Of a DNA stretch of 64,000 bases, positions 42,368 to 55,978 are shown piece by piece (position 1 is the stretch's first letter; every line of letters begins with the position of its first letter). The notes beneath the pieces were generated by a model. The model was given only the letters and a program-made list of their open reading frames with translations. It was not told the origin of the DNA and did not search any database. Position numbers and translations under genes: made by a program. Where the stretch lies: positions 248,001 to 312,000 of the forward strand of contig NIVC01000622.1 in assembly GCA_002269645.1 (NCBI GenBank). Reading direction: 5' to 3'. The stretch comes from Macrostomum lignano (Eukaryota).

Positions 42368-42835
42368 ATGCTATATGGGTATTTCTCTGTATGCAATTGT
42401 CTATGGAAATTTGTCTATGGGTATTTGTCTGTATGCAATTGTCTATGGAAATTTGTCTATGGGTATTTTTCTGTATGCAATTGTCTATGTAAATTTGTCT
42501 ATGGGTATTTTTCTGTATGCAATTGTCTATGAAAATTTGTACATGGGTATTTATTTGTACATAGGCCTTTGTCTGAGTATTTGTCTGTATGCAATTGTCT
42601 ATGGAAATTTGTCCTTGGGTATTTATTTGTCCATAGGCCTTTGTCTATGAGTATTTGTCTGTCGGCAATTGTCTATATGGAAATTTGTCCATGGGTATTT
42701 GTCCATAGGCCTTTGTCTATGAGTATTTGTCTGTATGCAATTGTCTATGGAAATTTGTCCTTGGGTATTTATTTGTCCATAGGCCTTTGTCTATGAGTAG
42801 TTGTCTGTAGGCAATTGTCTATGGAAATTTGTCAA
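42368..42835. repeat. 42-bp minisatellite built from three 14-bp subunits (TGTCTATGGAAATT / TGTCTATGGGTATT / TGTCTGTATGCAAT)
   Basis: Direct inspection. Confidence 0.9.
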
Positions 42836-44404
42836 TAGGTTATGTTCATGTTACTGTGGCTTTTCCTCTTTGCGCCTACCAAAACTGAGCACAAAACTGA
42901 AAAAAATGAAATGAAGGCAGTCAGACAGGTAAATATACTCATTCAACTTGGTCCATCTAGGCTCCATTTTTTTATCACTAAATATTACATTACCTATAGT
43001 AGTCTAAACAAGAAATGGTTTTCTAAAAATATTTTACTACTCCACAGACCAGGGAGTTCTTCCATTGACTTGGCTATTTATCTGTAGCTGCAGTCTATCG
43101 AGTCAAGTAAGTGAATCGATTGAGGCGGCAATCAATGAAATGGGATTTTCTCTTTTTTCCAATTTCAAATTTCAAGGTCTTCCCACTTTCAGCTCAGCTC
43201 CTGACGTCTGTCTCTGAGACAGCAAAAACCTCTGAACTTCGGTGACTGTCGTGCGAGACAGGTTGGTCGTGCGATTCACACCAACGATAGGAAGGTCGGG
43301 GCCGCTTGTACACCTTGTGTGAGCGTGTGTATGAGTGCGTGTCTGCGCACAGCATTGATGCGCTTGCATTGTGCTCAGGAGACAGCGGAATGAGCAGAAT
43401 TGTCGTCAGAGCAGCTTGCGGGACAATGTCTCCGAAGGCGCTGCGCCAGAATGTCCACGGCTATCCTGCAAATGTTTTTTAGCTGCAGCTTGCTTCGAGA
43501 AACAGAATTTTCGAGCTACTCTTTGACAACCTATTTAAACAAAGGTTAGTTGACAAACTGCAAAGAGGTGATGCTTTTGATGCTTAAGTCTCACGATCTT
43601 AAGAAGGCTGCTCACTGCTGATTACACTCCGGAAACTGATTGACAGCAGAAAACTCTAAAGCACTACTTCACAATTCAAAGCAATTCTCAATTCCAGAGT
43701 CAAGTATCCATGTTACTAGATTATTGTTATAAAATAATTCAATTGAGCATTTCTCAATTAATTCGAATTAAAAGCTGAATTGAGTGAAATCGATTACCTA
43801 ACTGACGTTCGAATTTAACAGCAGTGAAATTCTTGTTTCCAGACATGGACTCCTAGATTCTCCTAGGTGCTTAAATATAGTCCTCCATATTCTAGGGCGC
43901 ACTTGTTGAACCCGGCTCTCGGAGGAACAAAAAATTCCTAGTAAAATTAAATAGGCCGGTGTTTCGTCTGTCAGGCTGGAAGAAAAACAACCACCGGGGC
44001 CAGGGACCAACACACTAATTAACTGGAATTGACCTCTACTTACACCCCTAAGCATATCTTATGCAGTTAGCAAATTGGTCAATATTTAATTTTTGAAAAA
44101 TCCCAACGTAGATGGGCACAGGCAAACAAAACAGCACGCTGGAAAGTCCACCGGTTAATTAATTAACAATTACTTTAAGTAAAATATGCAGAAACTGACT
44201 TTGTAGAAGCTTTGGATCCAACAAACGCCGTTTTACTTAAATATGCACTGATCAAACAGAGAACGCCAAAAAGCATTTTCCACCTGACTCTTGTCGAGTG
44301 GTGTGTTTCCGTATTGGTTGGTGAAAAGCTCAATCAAGCTGAAAGCTACTCGTGGCGCTTTGGAATGTTAGATTGATCGAAAACGAGACTGTTTCAAAGC
44401 GAGC

Positions 44405-45133
44405 TCAGCCGCGCTCAAAGAAGTCTCCATCGGTGCTGCTCAGGCTGGCAGGTGGGTAGGCGAACCTCAGCAGGTGGCACAGGCGCTGCTGGCCAGAGAA
44501 AATCACAGCCTGGCAGGCAGCTGAGGCCTCGCACAGCCCCATGCACTCGACGTCGGTTCGGGCGCCGCTGGTCCAGTAGGTGCTCTGGGTGGACTCCACC
44601 GTCTGGTTGGGTCTTTGCGACGGCACAAAATACTTACTATCTACAAAATTTACATAAAATTTTACAAAATTAACCGAACTCAGGATTGAAAGTCAAATAA
44701 AATGATTATAATAATTACAGGACAGACTCAAAAACTCACTCGGATAGGTCAAAGCAAACACGGAGTTGCGCCACGTGCCTCCGCATTTAGGAGCTCCGTT
44801 CCCAGCGCAGACACGGTTGCAGTCGGTCCCGCTAGCAGCTCCCAGAGATCCGTAGGAGGTGCCGCAGAAGCACTCTCTACCGATTTGCACACCGAAGTAC
44901 GGGAAGCCGCCCAGAGAGCAGAGGCTGCTGCAGAGCTCGTGCGTCATATTAGCACTGCTCAGCATGAGGCGGCCGGTGTTGAAATGCCCGATTCTGCTTA
45001 CTCCGGTGAGTCCTCTCAGGTCTCGGCCTCCGTTGTCCACAAAGCAGCCAATGTAGGACACCTGAGCTACCCTACGGGCAGCACAAAGCACTGGGACGGC
45101 GAGACCCACAATGCAGACGATTGTCTTGAGCAT
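44405..45133 (-). CDS. Secreted WSC + PAN/apple-like protein, copy 3 (exons 45133-44740 and 44640-44405)
   Basis: Leader MLKTIVCIVGLAVPVLCAA; YIGCFVDNGGRDL...YFGVQIGRECFCG...CGGTWRNSVF; phase-1 intron; CMGLCEASAACQAVIFSGQQRLCHLL. Confidence 0.87.
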
Positions 45134-45149
45134 AGTTACTTGGGTAGAT

Positions 45150-45764
45150 CACAGATACTAGAATAACTAGATGTGTCACTCGCAAAAAATGCGTTTCTCT
45201 ACTTTTTTTTCAGTAGCAAAATTAGCGTTTTTTGCCTTTATAAAAGTGAAATTAAAATTTATCTACTTCTGAACGAAATTTAAAGTTTTTAAAGCTGCAA
45301 AATTTGTCTGTGCCTGATTCTACAAGCAGGCTAATTAAATAAGCATGTCTGCTGAGTTTTACCGGTTCAAAAATAAACGAATTTAAGACTTAAGACTGTA
45401 GAAAACTACAAAAATGTAAAATTCCCAAATTCAGTGCTTGGCATAGAGAGCAACAGAGAATAGTGCTGGCGCCCAGACATCTCTACTGCTCTCTCATTGG
45501 CTGAGCTAGATTGGGCCTGCCCCCCCCCCTAGGCTGAGTTTCGTCCGTCTTGCGTTCATTTGTGTACATTGAGTTAGCAAATGCTTGTTGATTCTTAACC
45601 CCATATGCTCTTGAGGCCGCAAGCCCTGAGGAAGAAAAGGAATTTTACCTTCTACATCAAATTTAAATTACATTAGCGCAGACAACTACTGAAAAAAGAG
45701 TAGAGGCTCTACTTTTTCACAATTTTAATTGCGAGTGACATATCTAGTTATTCTAGTATCTGTG
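45150..45764. mobile_element. hAT-like MITE, 615 bp
   Basis: TIRs CACAGATACTAGAATAACTAGAT(G/A)TGTCACTCGCAA. 8-bp TSD GGGTAGAT at 45142-45149 and 45765-45772. Confidence 0.88.
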
Positions 45765-46072
45765 GGGTAGATGGGATTTCAGTTCTCCTGTTGCTCATAG
45801 GAGTGTAGGAAGAGATGAAAACTGCAGTACTTGCTTTTATACCGATTTTAAAAAATGATCTGGTTTGATAAAAACCAGTGCACTAATGAGCGCAATGCAT
45901 TAGTTCCAGTAGCTTATGTAGCTTCTAAGAGTAATTTTAACTTCACTTGATGATATTTTCTGAGCAGCCCGCAGCTCTCCAGACTCTAATTTAGATGCCA
46001 GCAAATAAAAAACAATTCTCATTTAATTTTTGCTTACTCGAAATGCTTATTCAAGAAACCAACTCCCACTGT

Positions 46073-46475
46073 AAAGACCCTGTTGCTAAAGACCCTGGCG
46101 CTAAAGCCCCTGTTGCTAAAGACCCTGGCGCTAAAGCCCCTGGTACTAAAGATCCTGGCGCTAAAGCCCCTGTTTCTAAAGACCCTGGCGCTAAAGCCCC
46201 TGTTGCTAAAGACCCTGGCGCTAAAGCCCCGTTGATAAAGATCCTGGCGCTAAAGCCCCTGTTGCTAAAGACTCTGGCGCTAAAGCCCCTGTATCTAAAG
46301 ACCCTGGCGCTAAAGCCCCTGTTGCTAAGGCCCCTGGCGCTAAAGCCCCTGTTGCTAAGGTCCCTGGCGCTAAAGCCCCTGTTGCTAAGGTCCCTGGCGC
46401 TAAAGCCCCTGTTGCTAAGGTCCCTGGCGCTAAAGCCCCTGTTGCTAAAGACCTTGGTGCTAAAGCCCCTGTTGC
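46073..46475. repeat. 30-bp (2x15) minisatellite GCTAAAGACCCTGGC-GCTAAAGCCCCTGTT
   Basis: Direct inspection. Confidence 0.93.
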
Positions 46476-48139
46476 AGAGGCATTTTTGAATTAATCCAAT
46501 AATTTTTCGATCGGGTATACGCCAGAAGTTCGGCTCTGCTCACGGTACGGGCAAGTTACTAAGCAAACATAATTTACGTAAGGTTCTAGTTGTCCACGGG
46601 CTTGGCTATCTTGAAAAGAAAAGAGTCGAAGGTCAGCGGCGGAATGAACACCCAGTCAGGGAGATAGATATATTTACGTCAATTCAAACCTAATTACGTT
46701 GATTGATTGATTGATTGATTGATTGAAAACAAAGGCCGGGTAAAAAAGTATCTTAGCTTACTATGGTGCAAGTCAACCACTTTGTACTGAGTACTGTCAA
46801 TACGACTTCAATTCCGGATCACCAACTGAACATAATGCATAGCTCGTAGGCTACCATTTTCTTGATTTTTTCAAGCGCAAGTCAGGGGCAGCCAGTAATA
46901 ACGATAGAAAGTTAGAGTGCTACTTTACGCTAACAAAACCACGGCAGGACGAAGAGAGCATAGGGAGGATTACGCCACTTGTAGCCCGTCAGAGGGTAAT
47001 AACAGAGGAGAAAACAAAAATGACTTCAGACGATATCGAGACACGTTCCAGTCTCAACGCCAGCCAAAACCGACTCACAACTTATGCAACTGACCAGTTA
47101 AGTATGTAGAAAAATGATAGAGCTGCCTAAAAGGCACTAGATTAGTCAGAATGCTATCTACTAAGATTTTCATATTTAGCCAATACATTGAATCATGTCT
47201 TAGATTTCTCAAGCAAAAAAGGTTGAGAAATCTTTTTTTGAGGTTGAGAAATCTTTCTTCAAAGACATCTGTCTGTGATGCGTTCCTTACTACCAAGACT
47301 TTCTCAGTAATCAAGGAACAATCACTTCTAGCTACTTGCTAGGCAACCCAGTTATCAATTAAAGGTACTTCTTACCTTGACGTCGTTTGGAGATATCTCT
47401 TCTGTAGACTTCGAGTAGAACTCGCGTGGATCTCTTTGTGATCTCGTAGATCAGGCGCCTTGATTCTTCAGTTGCTCTGGTCCTGGTTCTTCTTGTACTT
47501 CCGATGAGGTTCCTTCCGGCCGGTGTCTTCAGTCAGGACCAATCAGAGGCCTCGTATCAAACAATAATGGGTACCCTGCGCCGAACAGCGGTTTCTCGTT
47601 AGCCTTCTCCTTCTAGCAGTGCCTCTATGCACTCTAGGTAATGCTCCGGTTATCTCTAATAGATCCTCTAAGATCTATTAGGGTAGTCCTTCGGGTGACT
47701 ACTGCCAATGGAGTCTCAATGGACTCAAGAGTCTCAACAGACTCAACTAGACTCAAGAGTCTCAACAGACTCAACTAGACTCAAGTCACACTAGACTTGA
47801 GCGAGACGTCTCAAACACAGGCGCAAATGAGAAAGGCTTACCGCAACAACTCGACCGAGTCTCCATTGACTTGGTAACCAGGAAGTCTTGCTAAGGGCTT
47901 CCTCTTCGGAGCGCTCCTCTTCCGTGGGGAGAATGACTCCGGTACCGCTTTGGACCGCTTGTATTTATAGACGATTTTGTGGGCCAAAAATAGTAACATG
48001 ACTCATGTGTTGCGCTAGAAATAGTAACATGATTCATCTGCTAAAAATAGTAACATGAATCATCCTTAAGTTTAGGTGCGCATGCGTGCACTTACTTACT
48101 TATAGTAGCATTCTACGATTCTCAATTTACTTCTTTGCG

Positions 48140-48331
48140 GGAGGTAGAACACTCTACATCTGGCCCGCCGCTGCCCAGTCTGACGCCGACTGCCTGCTCC
48201 GGTGCAGCGCCAGAGCCGACTGCTGGGCCGTCGTTTTCTCCAAGCGGCTGCTCGTCTGCTACCTGCTGGCGTTCGCCTACCCGCCAGCCAGCCTGACCGG
48301 ACCCGACAGGACTCTCTACCAGCGTGGCTAA
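48140..48331 (+). pseudogene. Orphan 5'-truncated PAN exon of the WSC-PAN family, inverted orientation
   Basis: WPAAAQSDADCLLRCSARADCWAVVFSKRLLVCYLLAFAYPPASLTGPDRTLYQRG*, nearly the same as exon 2 of copies 1 and 5. No WSC exon is visible upstream. Confidence 0.75.
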
Positions 48332-49458
48332 ACGCGGGACACTGCATGGAAACTGGATGGCAACAGATGATGCAAGTACTGTCAATCCTTGAAAAATTGA
48401 ATTCTGGAAAATTTTCCATGGTATCCGAGCCCCAAGACACAGATAGTGTTACACATACACGCTTGGCACTGAGAAAGTCCGGGCCGCTGTACACTCTGCA
48501 TGCGTGAGCGTTTTATGAGCATATCGGCAAAATGGCGTAACTTTTACGGGTCAGCTGTTGAATTGACTTGCGGCAGTGCCCCAAGACCCCTACAAAACAG
48601 GCAATCGAGAAATTTTAGACATTGCCTATTAGACGGAGGCCAAATGAGAACAACCCCAATGGCTGTCAGTGTATTGTTTCGCTTTACCTAACATGGGCAG
48701 AGACTTACTTTGTAAAGATTTGCCACTGGTAAACAGAATTGGCCTGTGGCAAACAGCAAACTCCCAGTGTAGGGTGTATCCTAATTTCCGTTCCACCATC
48801 TTTAATTGAAGTTAAAAAGTCACGTTTCACATTTTGGTTTTAAACTTCCTCCCAACCCAAGACTAACAAAACCGGAACGATATTTATGCCTCTGACTTAA
48901 GTCAGCTTTCAAGGAAAGAACTGTATTTCAGAAATTAGCTAAACCTACAATGACAGATGCCTACTTACATATATTGAGTGATGAAGACGCGAAGAAAAAG
49001 TTTTATAGTTAACCAAATTTACATCGCAGTAAGGGAGAAATCAGCTTCCTGAAGAAAAATTTCACTGTTCCTAGCTAAAAACGCACTGACAATGGCAGTG
49101 ACAATGGCCCAGACCAACTTCGAAAAAAATAGAAAGTCCGCCATGGTTTCCGCTTCTTTCATAACTTTCGCGGATCCTGAAACGGGATAGGTTCTATCTA
49201 CCTATTGACAATTCTTTTCTGTAGGGCGAAACCCCTTCTCTTTCATCCAGAAGTAAGGCAGGAGTTCACACTACTGAGTATAGCGTGAGAACTCTTCTGA
49301 ATTTCTTCGATTGTTAATCGATTCCAGCTTCAAATTCAATGCGTAGAAACGTGCTACGAGCTAATTTTGTTTCTCTGCAATCTTTCTGCAATTTTTAGTT
49401 TGCTGATTAAAAAAATCCGGGCAAAACGTTTGACTTAGAGTATGGCTGTAAGCTAAGC

Positions 49459-49635
49459 GCTAAGCCACGCACGAACAGGGTGTTCTCAGTCCGGTCGGGT
49501 AGGCGAACGCCAGCAGGTGGCAGGTGAGCAGCCGCTTGGAGAAAACGGTGGCCTGGCAGTCGGCTCTGGCGCTGTACTTTTCCGCCGACTGGAACGTGAA
49601 TTCAGAAGTCGACGACTAACGCACCTGGAAGACAA
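49459..49635 (-). pseudogene. Degenerate orphan PAN exon with internal deletions
   Basis: Contains the SARADCQATVFSKRLLTCHLLAFAY block. Flanking segments are deleted relative to the intact copies. Confidence 0.7.
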
Positions 49636-50221
49636 AAGACTTTTTTTACCACCTGTCTAGATGTTCTTAGCCAAACTTGTGTAAAGACGCAGCGAATGTG
49701 CGCCGTGCAAGTGGGATTTCAACCTACTATATACGCCCATATACAACAAAAGCAAAATATTAGATCAAACCAACTAAAATCGATCACTGGTTCCAGGTCT
49801 AGCAATCGCAGTTTTTCCGGTAAAACTTGCTTCCAATGCAATAAAGCCATCATGATTTGGAAATTTAGCATAATCCTACTTAAGTACTGCATGGGGAAAC
49901 GCAGAAATATTTTGAAACTCTGCTAATTATGATATTTGAATAACCCAGGAGAATTCTACATTTCAGTAAAGTGATAGCTGCATGGTGTGTATTATTTTAG
50001 CAACGCTTAGGAAATATGCGTAACATGTTTCAACATGCGTAAAACCATTTAAATCCAATACAAAATTCATCAAACCATGATTTTGCTTAGCTAATTCTAG
50101 TCTCTGTTTACAAAGGATGCGCGAATGTAACAGTGCAGATAAAAAATCTGCTAGTGAAGCGTGTCGAAAGAGAGCAGATAAGAAGACACAATATAGCATA
50201 GTATAATATAATGCAGCATAG

Positions 50222-51107
<886 letters not shown>

Positions 51108-51645
51108 TTCCTGCTGAGTTGAACTCTGCGAGAGCTCGTTTGGAGCTCGATTTTTCCGATCGCTGACTTTCCATAGTTATTTTTTTCATTGCCAACAATT
51201 TGTTTTTCACTTTTTGGAAACCACGGCAACATTCCTTGTTTTTCTCCGTTTTTTATCACAATCCCCAAAAGCAGAAAAAATGCTTCAACATGCAGTTCTG
51301 TTAAAATTTTCTACACAATTAAACCAATCCAATGGGAATTGTCTTCCGCTGTTTTGGGAAACTTGCTGTATTGATGATTCCAATCCCGGATGAAAAAAGT
51401 TTATCGAAATCGAAATTTCCAAATCATTAAACTGCATCATTGAAATGTTAGCTATAGTATTTTTTTGGGGTCTCTGACGACTTCCTTTTGTTTCAGTCAT
51501 GTAGTTTTTATTCTTTCAGTGTTTTAGCTAGCTCTGCCGATGATAGAAGAATGGACCCCACTTAAATAATGTTCACACTCGTTACAACTCGTTGCAAAAG
51601 TTATCGATTTTAAGTTTCCAGTTTTGTTTCAACAGGTTTCCGCGC

Positions 51646-52396
51646 TCAGCCACGCACGTAGAGAGTCCAGTCGGGTCCGGTCAGGCTGGTTGGCGGGTAG
51701 GCGAACGCCAGCAGGTGGCAGTTGACCAGTCGCTTTGAGAAGACAGCGGCTTGGCAGTCGTCTCTGGTGCTGCACTTGGCCGCGCAACGAAGAGCCGAGT
51801 TGGCAGCAACCGGCCAATGCACAGTCAGATCGCACTTCACCGGTTGATTGGACTGGTCAATCATCATATAGGTGTTCTTCGAAGCTTTTTGGTGAAGAGT
51901 ATGTCGATTTTTATTGTTACATGTAAGTACATAAGTCAATACCTTAATTGAGCATATAGTAGATTCAGCACATACCGAGGTAGGTCAGAGCATAAACCGA
52001 GTTTCTGTTGCTGCCTCCGCAAATCTTCGTAGCGTCACCTGCGCATGGCTTGTTGCAGTTGCTCTCAAGGTCCCTATCCAGCGATCCGTACGAGTTGCCG
52101 CAGTAGCAGTCGAAATTGTTCTGCACTCCCGAGTACCCAAAATTGACCAGAGCGCAGATGGCGCCGCATAGCTCTGGCGTCATCGCTGTGCCATCAGTTA
52201 CGCGCGTGTTGGAGACGCTGTAGGGCCCGATCTGGCTAAAGCCGCTCAGCCCGTCCAAATCAATATCGTCATCGTCATCGTCGTCGTTGTAGCAACCCAG
52301 GTAGGTGAGGCGAGCAAACTTTCCAGCCACGCATGTCAAGAGAGCGCTAAGAAGCAGTGTCTGCAGGCGGATTCTGCAGCTCATTTTTGCACTCAT
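51646..52396 (-). CDS. Secreted WSC + PAN/apple-like protein, copy 4 (exons 52396-51976 and 51884-51646)
   Basis: Leader ...RLQTLLLSALLTCVAG; YLGCYNDDDDDDDIDL...LCGAIC...DCYCGN...CGGSNRNSVY; phase-1 intron; CAAKCSTRDDCQAAVFSKRLVNCHLL. Confidence 0.85.
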
Positions 52397-53042
52397 GAAG
52401 CACTAGGCGGGTTTTTCAAGGCTTAAAATTGGAATGAAATTTGAAACCAAGTATTAGAATAAATTTAAACAATGTGCCTCATCCAATAGGATGAGGGAAA
52501 TTCAAGGGCATTTCTTCCAAAATGCTTCTATTGGACTTAAAACTGTGACACTTGAAACTGGTAGGAAATTATTTGCCAATAGAGTTACATTTTGAATGCT
52601 TTTCTGAGACTGTTTTTCACCTCTGTGTCAACTAAAAACCCAAAGGAAAGTTCTAGTTGATGATTATTAAGCTGAATTTTGAAAGTCGAAATTGAAAATC
52701 GTTTCAAAATTTTTTAGAGAGATTCATCAATACCGAGAATCTACTAATCAGATAGAAACATCGATGCTAATATTAAAGTTTTTTGTTTTACAATGGCGCT
52801 TGTACTAACACAGACCATAGTGGCAGTGTTTGTCAGTCAAATGGGCGTGAGCCAGATTTGACAGTAATATTTTATTGCCTATGTAGCGACACAGGTGATA
52901 TTTCAGTGCCATATTATTGCTGCATGCGTGAATATTTTGAGGCAACATGGCATTACATTTTTCTCACCAAGAGAGGAGGAAGAGATGCTTTGCATCTGCC
53001 GACAAAATCTTCTTGACATTTCCTGTGGTAAAGTTGCGCGTC

Positions 53043-53445
53043 TGACGAAAAGCAAAATTGAGAACGTGAGCGCTATCATTTTTGTTATGCGAAATGTTTC
53101 GCCTCGCGTCAGGCATCGTCAGGCTCTTAAAATTTTTGTTACGATGTATTTCTTTATTTACTTATATTAAGCAATTTAGACAAAAACGGGTCGATAAAAG
53201 TCAGAAAATGTATGTAAATTAACAATGAGGGGGAGAGATGGAGAGAGAGAGAGAGATGAGCACAAGTGTACACCTAGAATACTCTAAGGAGGGCACTTTG
53301 TCTAAATTGCTAAATATATGTAAATAAACAAATACATCGTAAATAAAATTTTAAGAGCCTGACGATGCCTGACGCGAGGCGAAACATGTCGCATAACAAA
53401 AAATGATAGCAGCGCTCACGTTCTTAATTTTGCTTTTCTTGACAT
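53043..53445. mobile_element. Foldback (inverted-repeat) element of about 400 bp with a hammerhead-like motif in each arm
   Basis: 53043-53183 is the reverse complement of about 53298-53445. The spacer contains a short (GA)n. Confidence 0.8.
53357..53392 (+). ncRNA. Minimal hammerhead ribozyme motif
   Basis: GC CTGACGA T GCCT-GACGCG-AGGC GAAA CATG TC GC: core boxes, 4-bp stem II, palindromic ACATGT stem III and a GUC triplet. Stem I is weak. Confidence 0.6.
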
Positions 53446-55019
53446 TTTGATAACACATGAGCAAAGTCTACGTCGTAGCTGCAATGACATCAATTTTCAA
53501 GTTTAAGTAAAACTCTGCCAAGTACGAGCTCAAATGGTTAACCTCAGTTAATGTTCCGGAAACTGCACTGAGAACTGAACATTTTTGTTCAGAGAATGGA
53601 AGGCAGAGAAACTCAGCGGTAAACGCTCCTGACTCTCGCGTCTTGACCCCTGATTCGATTCGATTCTTGGCTTGATTCGAGGCTTGCGCACAACGAAAAT
53701 GGTCCATTGGGTTTGTCGTGCGATTCATAATCATGATGGCCAACCCCCAAAACACGGAGAATGTACATGCCTGACGATTAGAAAGTCAGGACCGCTGTAC
53801 ACCCCCGTGTGAGCTTATGTATGAGTGCGAGCTCGCCTGTGTGCTCGTATTGGCAGCAGTATTGGTGTGCTTATATGTACTCAGGAGTCAGCGGACTGGG
53901 CAGAATCACCGTCAACGCTGGTTGTGGGAAGTTAGCACCACACGCACAGACAAAAGCACAGGCCAGCCCCCCCCCCCGGTACTAAAGCTGGGTTGCACAT
54001 CGGCTTGCCTCGATGCCAATGTCTACGGCCCCATTGCAATTAGTATTATTATTCAAGAAATGAGCAACAAAATAACAGCATAATATTCAGGAGCAATACT
54101 TATAATATTCAGTATCATTAATTAATTATAGCTTAGTAGTATTCTCAAGTAGCATATGAGTAGCAGACTAAATTGCAGACTAATTTTAGGTAATTTTTCA
54201 TATGACCACGAGGCTTTCCTATCCTACGAATTTGACGCCAAAACACTAAAGCTGTTAAATGCAAAGATTGGGTCTAAGCCAGATGAAATTTATCAAAGGA
54301 TATTGTCACTCTTCATCAGCATAAAGCGTTTAGGCAATTTGTCTGGATAATGCCTAGTATTCATGTCGTGTCGTAGCAATAAGAAGGACTCTTTTCTATT
54401 TAAGAGAGCTCTTAGCTGAGCATAGAATACGAGACTGCAACTGATAGCCAAACCGGCCTTTAAATTAACTTGAAAACGACCGACGGCAACATGCCGCCTA
54501 CATTACGAGTACAGCGCGATCAAAATTTAAGCTTTAGCATATAGATAGAAAGATGCAACGTGCTGCGCGTGCACACTAAGTACATTGTTAATGAGTACAC
54601 TAGATATTAAGTGCGCAGATACGCAAGGCGAGTCAGAGATAGTTGACGAGCCCCGGCAAGCGGCGCCACAATTCAGAAATACTTCCCGTACTATAATTCA
54701 CCGGCATTCGTAGACCGAACAGTATCATCCTAACTTAAAGTATGGATGCTAAGTGTTGCTAAATGAGGACCATTTATGGTCCGGGAGTGAAAAGTAGCTT
54801 TATGTACTCAGGCAGGTAAAGGGCCTATGAACTTAAGCAACAAATGAATGAAACACTCAACTAGTGACAAGTTTTCAGTGCGAACCACTTCAAATTTGAC
54901 CCAGGACTACTCCGTTGGAGGTTAAAAGTCCGACTTAACCTCATCCGTGGGAACGGACTTCTGTGCGCAGAGCTGTGCTACACCTGATGCAGTGCAACTA
55001 TCACGATCGAATCTGCTTC

Positions 55020-55560
55020 GTGCACAAAAACGGGTTGGCATTAGTTGTGACTTGTACGTCGTCACATTTCAGCCAGTCTCCTCCCTGCAGCACGCAGCAG
55101 GTGTAGTAGCCGTGCGCGAGAGAGCTTCCGTGATGCGACAGTGTGGAAATGGGGTATTCGAGGCTGGACACGCTGCCAGCACAACTGCACCAGTTGATGC
55201 TACTGTAAAGCTTCTGGCCACGCTGTCCTGTTCAGTCGAAGTGAAGCAACGTCACTCGACCAGTGGACACCCGCACCTCCTTCACGCATTGCTCTGCACA
55301 GCTCGCAGTGCTACACGGCACTCGCTGTGGTGCTGTGGCCACTGTGTACAGGCCATCGAGACTGAGCGGCTGGCTGGTGAACTGGTGCAGCAGGATGGTG
55401 AGCACACGGCTGTCTGTGGATTCTGTGGTGGAATCCACAGCTGTGGCAGCCACTGCACGGGCGAAGTATCGAAAACTCAGTGAGGCAGCTGCCTTTGAGC
55501 GTGAGATGCGGAATGATGCACTCCAACAGCTCGTTCGTGCAGTGCTGCTACCTCGGCTGA
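55020..55560 (-). pseudogene. Degenerate ubiquitin-specific protease (peptidase C19)-like fragment
   Basis: Minus strand SHHGSSLAHGYYTCCVLQGGDWLKCDDVQV resembles the USP His box (H.G.S..GHY....W..CDD..V). Upstream CxxC-like remnants. Stops and frameshifts present. Confidence 0.5.
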
Positions 55561-55978
55561 AACTTCTGCAGGAACTGCAGCCTCACTGCTGCCAGGGCCA
55601 GTTGCCATGGCAGCCAGCAGACTGCGCAGCGAGTTGTCGATTTCACTGCCTCGCTAAATCCACTAAATCCAAAAAGCTTTCTACTGAAGTTAAACAACTA
55701 ACTCCACAGTAAGTCAGTCCCCGGCTACCTGAAAAATTTTTTAACTTTGTTTAGAAAAAATGCACTGGCAATGCCTCTGTTTTTCACGAACACATTCACA
55801 GGAAATAGGAAACCAGGCATACGAATTCAGCTCGTATAAGTAAATTTTGGTGTTAAACTTCATTTTTCTATTATTTATTAAACGACCATCGCTACCAGCT
55901 TTTGAGTTAATCGATAAAAAAAACTCCGGGAAAACGTTTGAGTTATAGCATGACCGTAAGCCTCTCGGAGTTGCGCGC

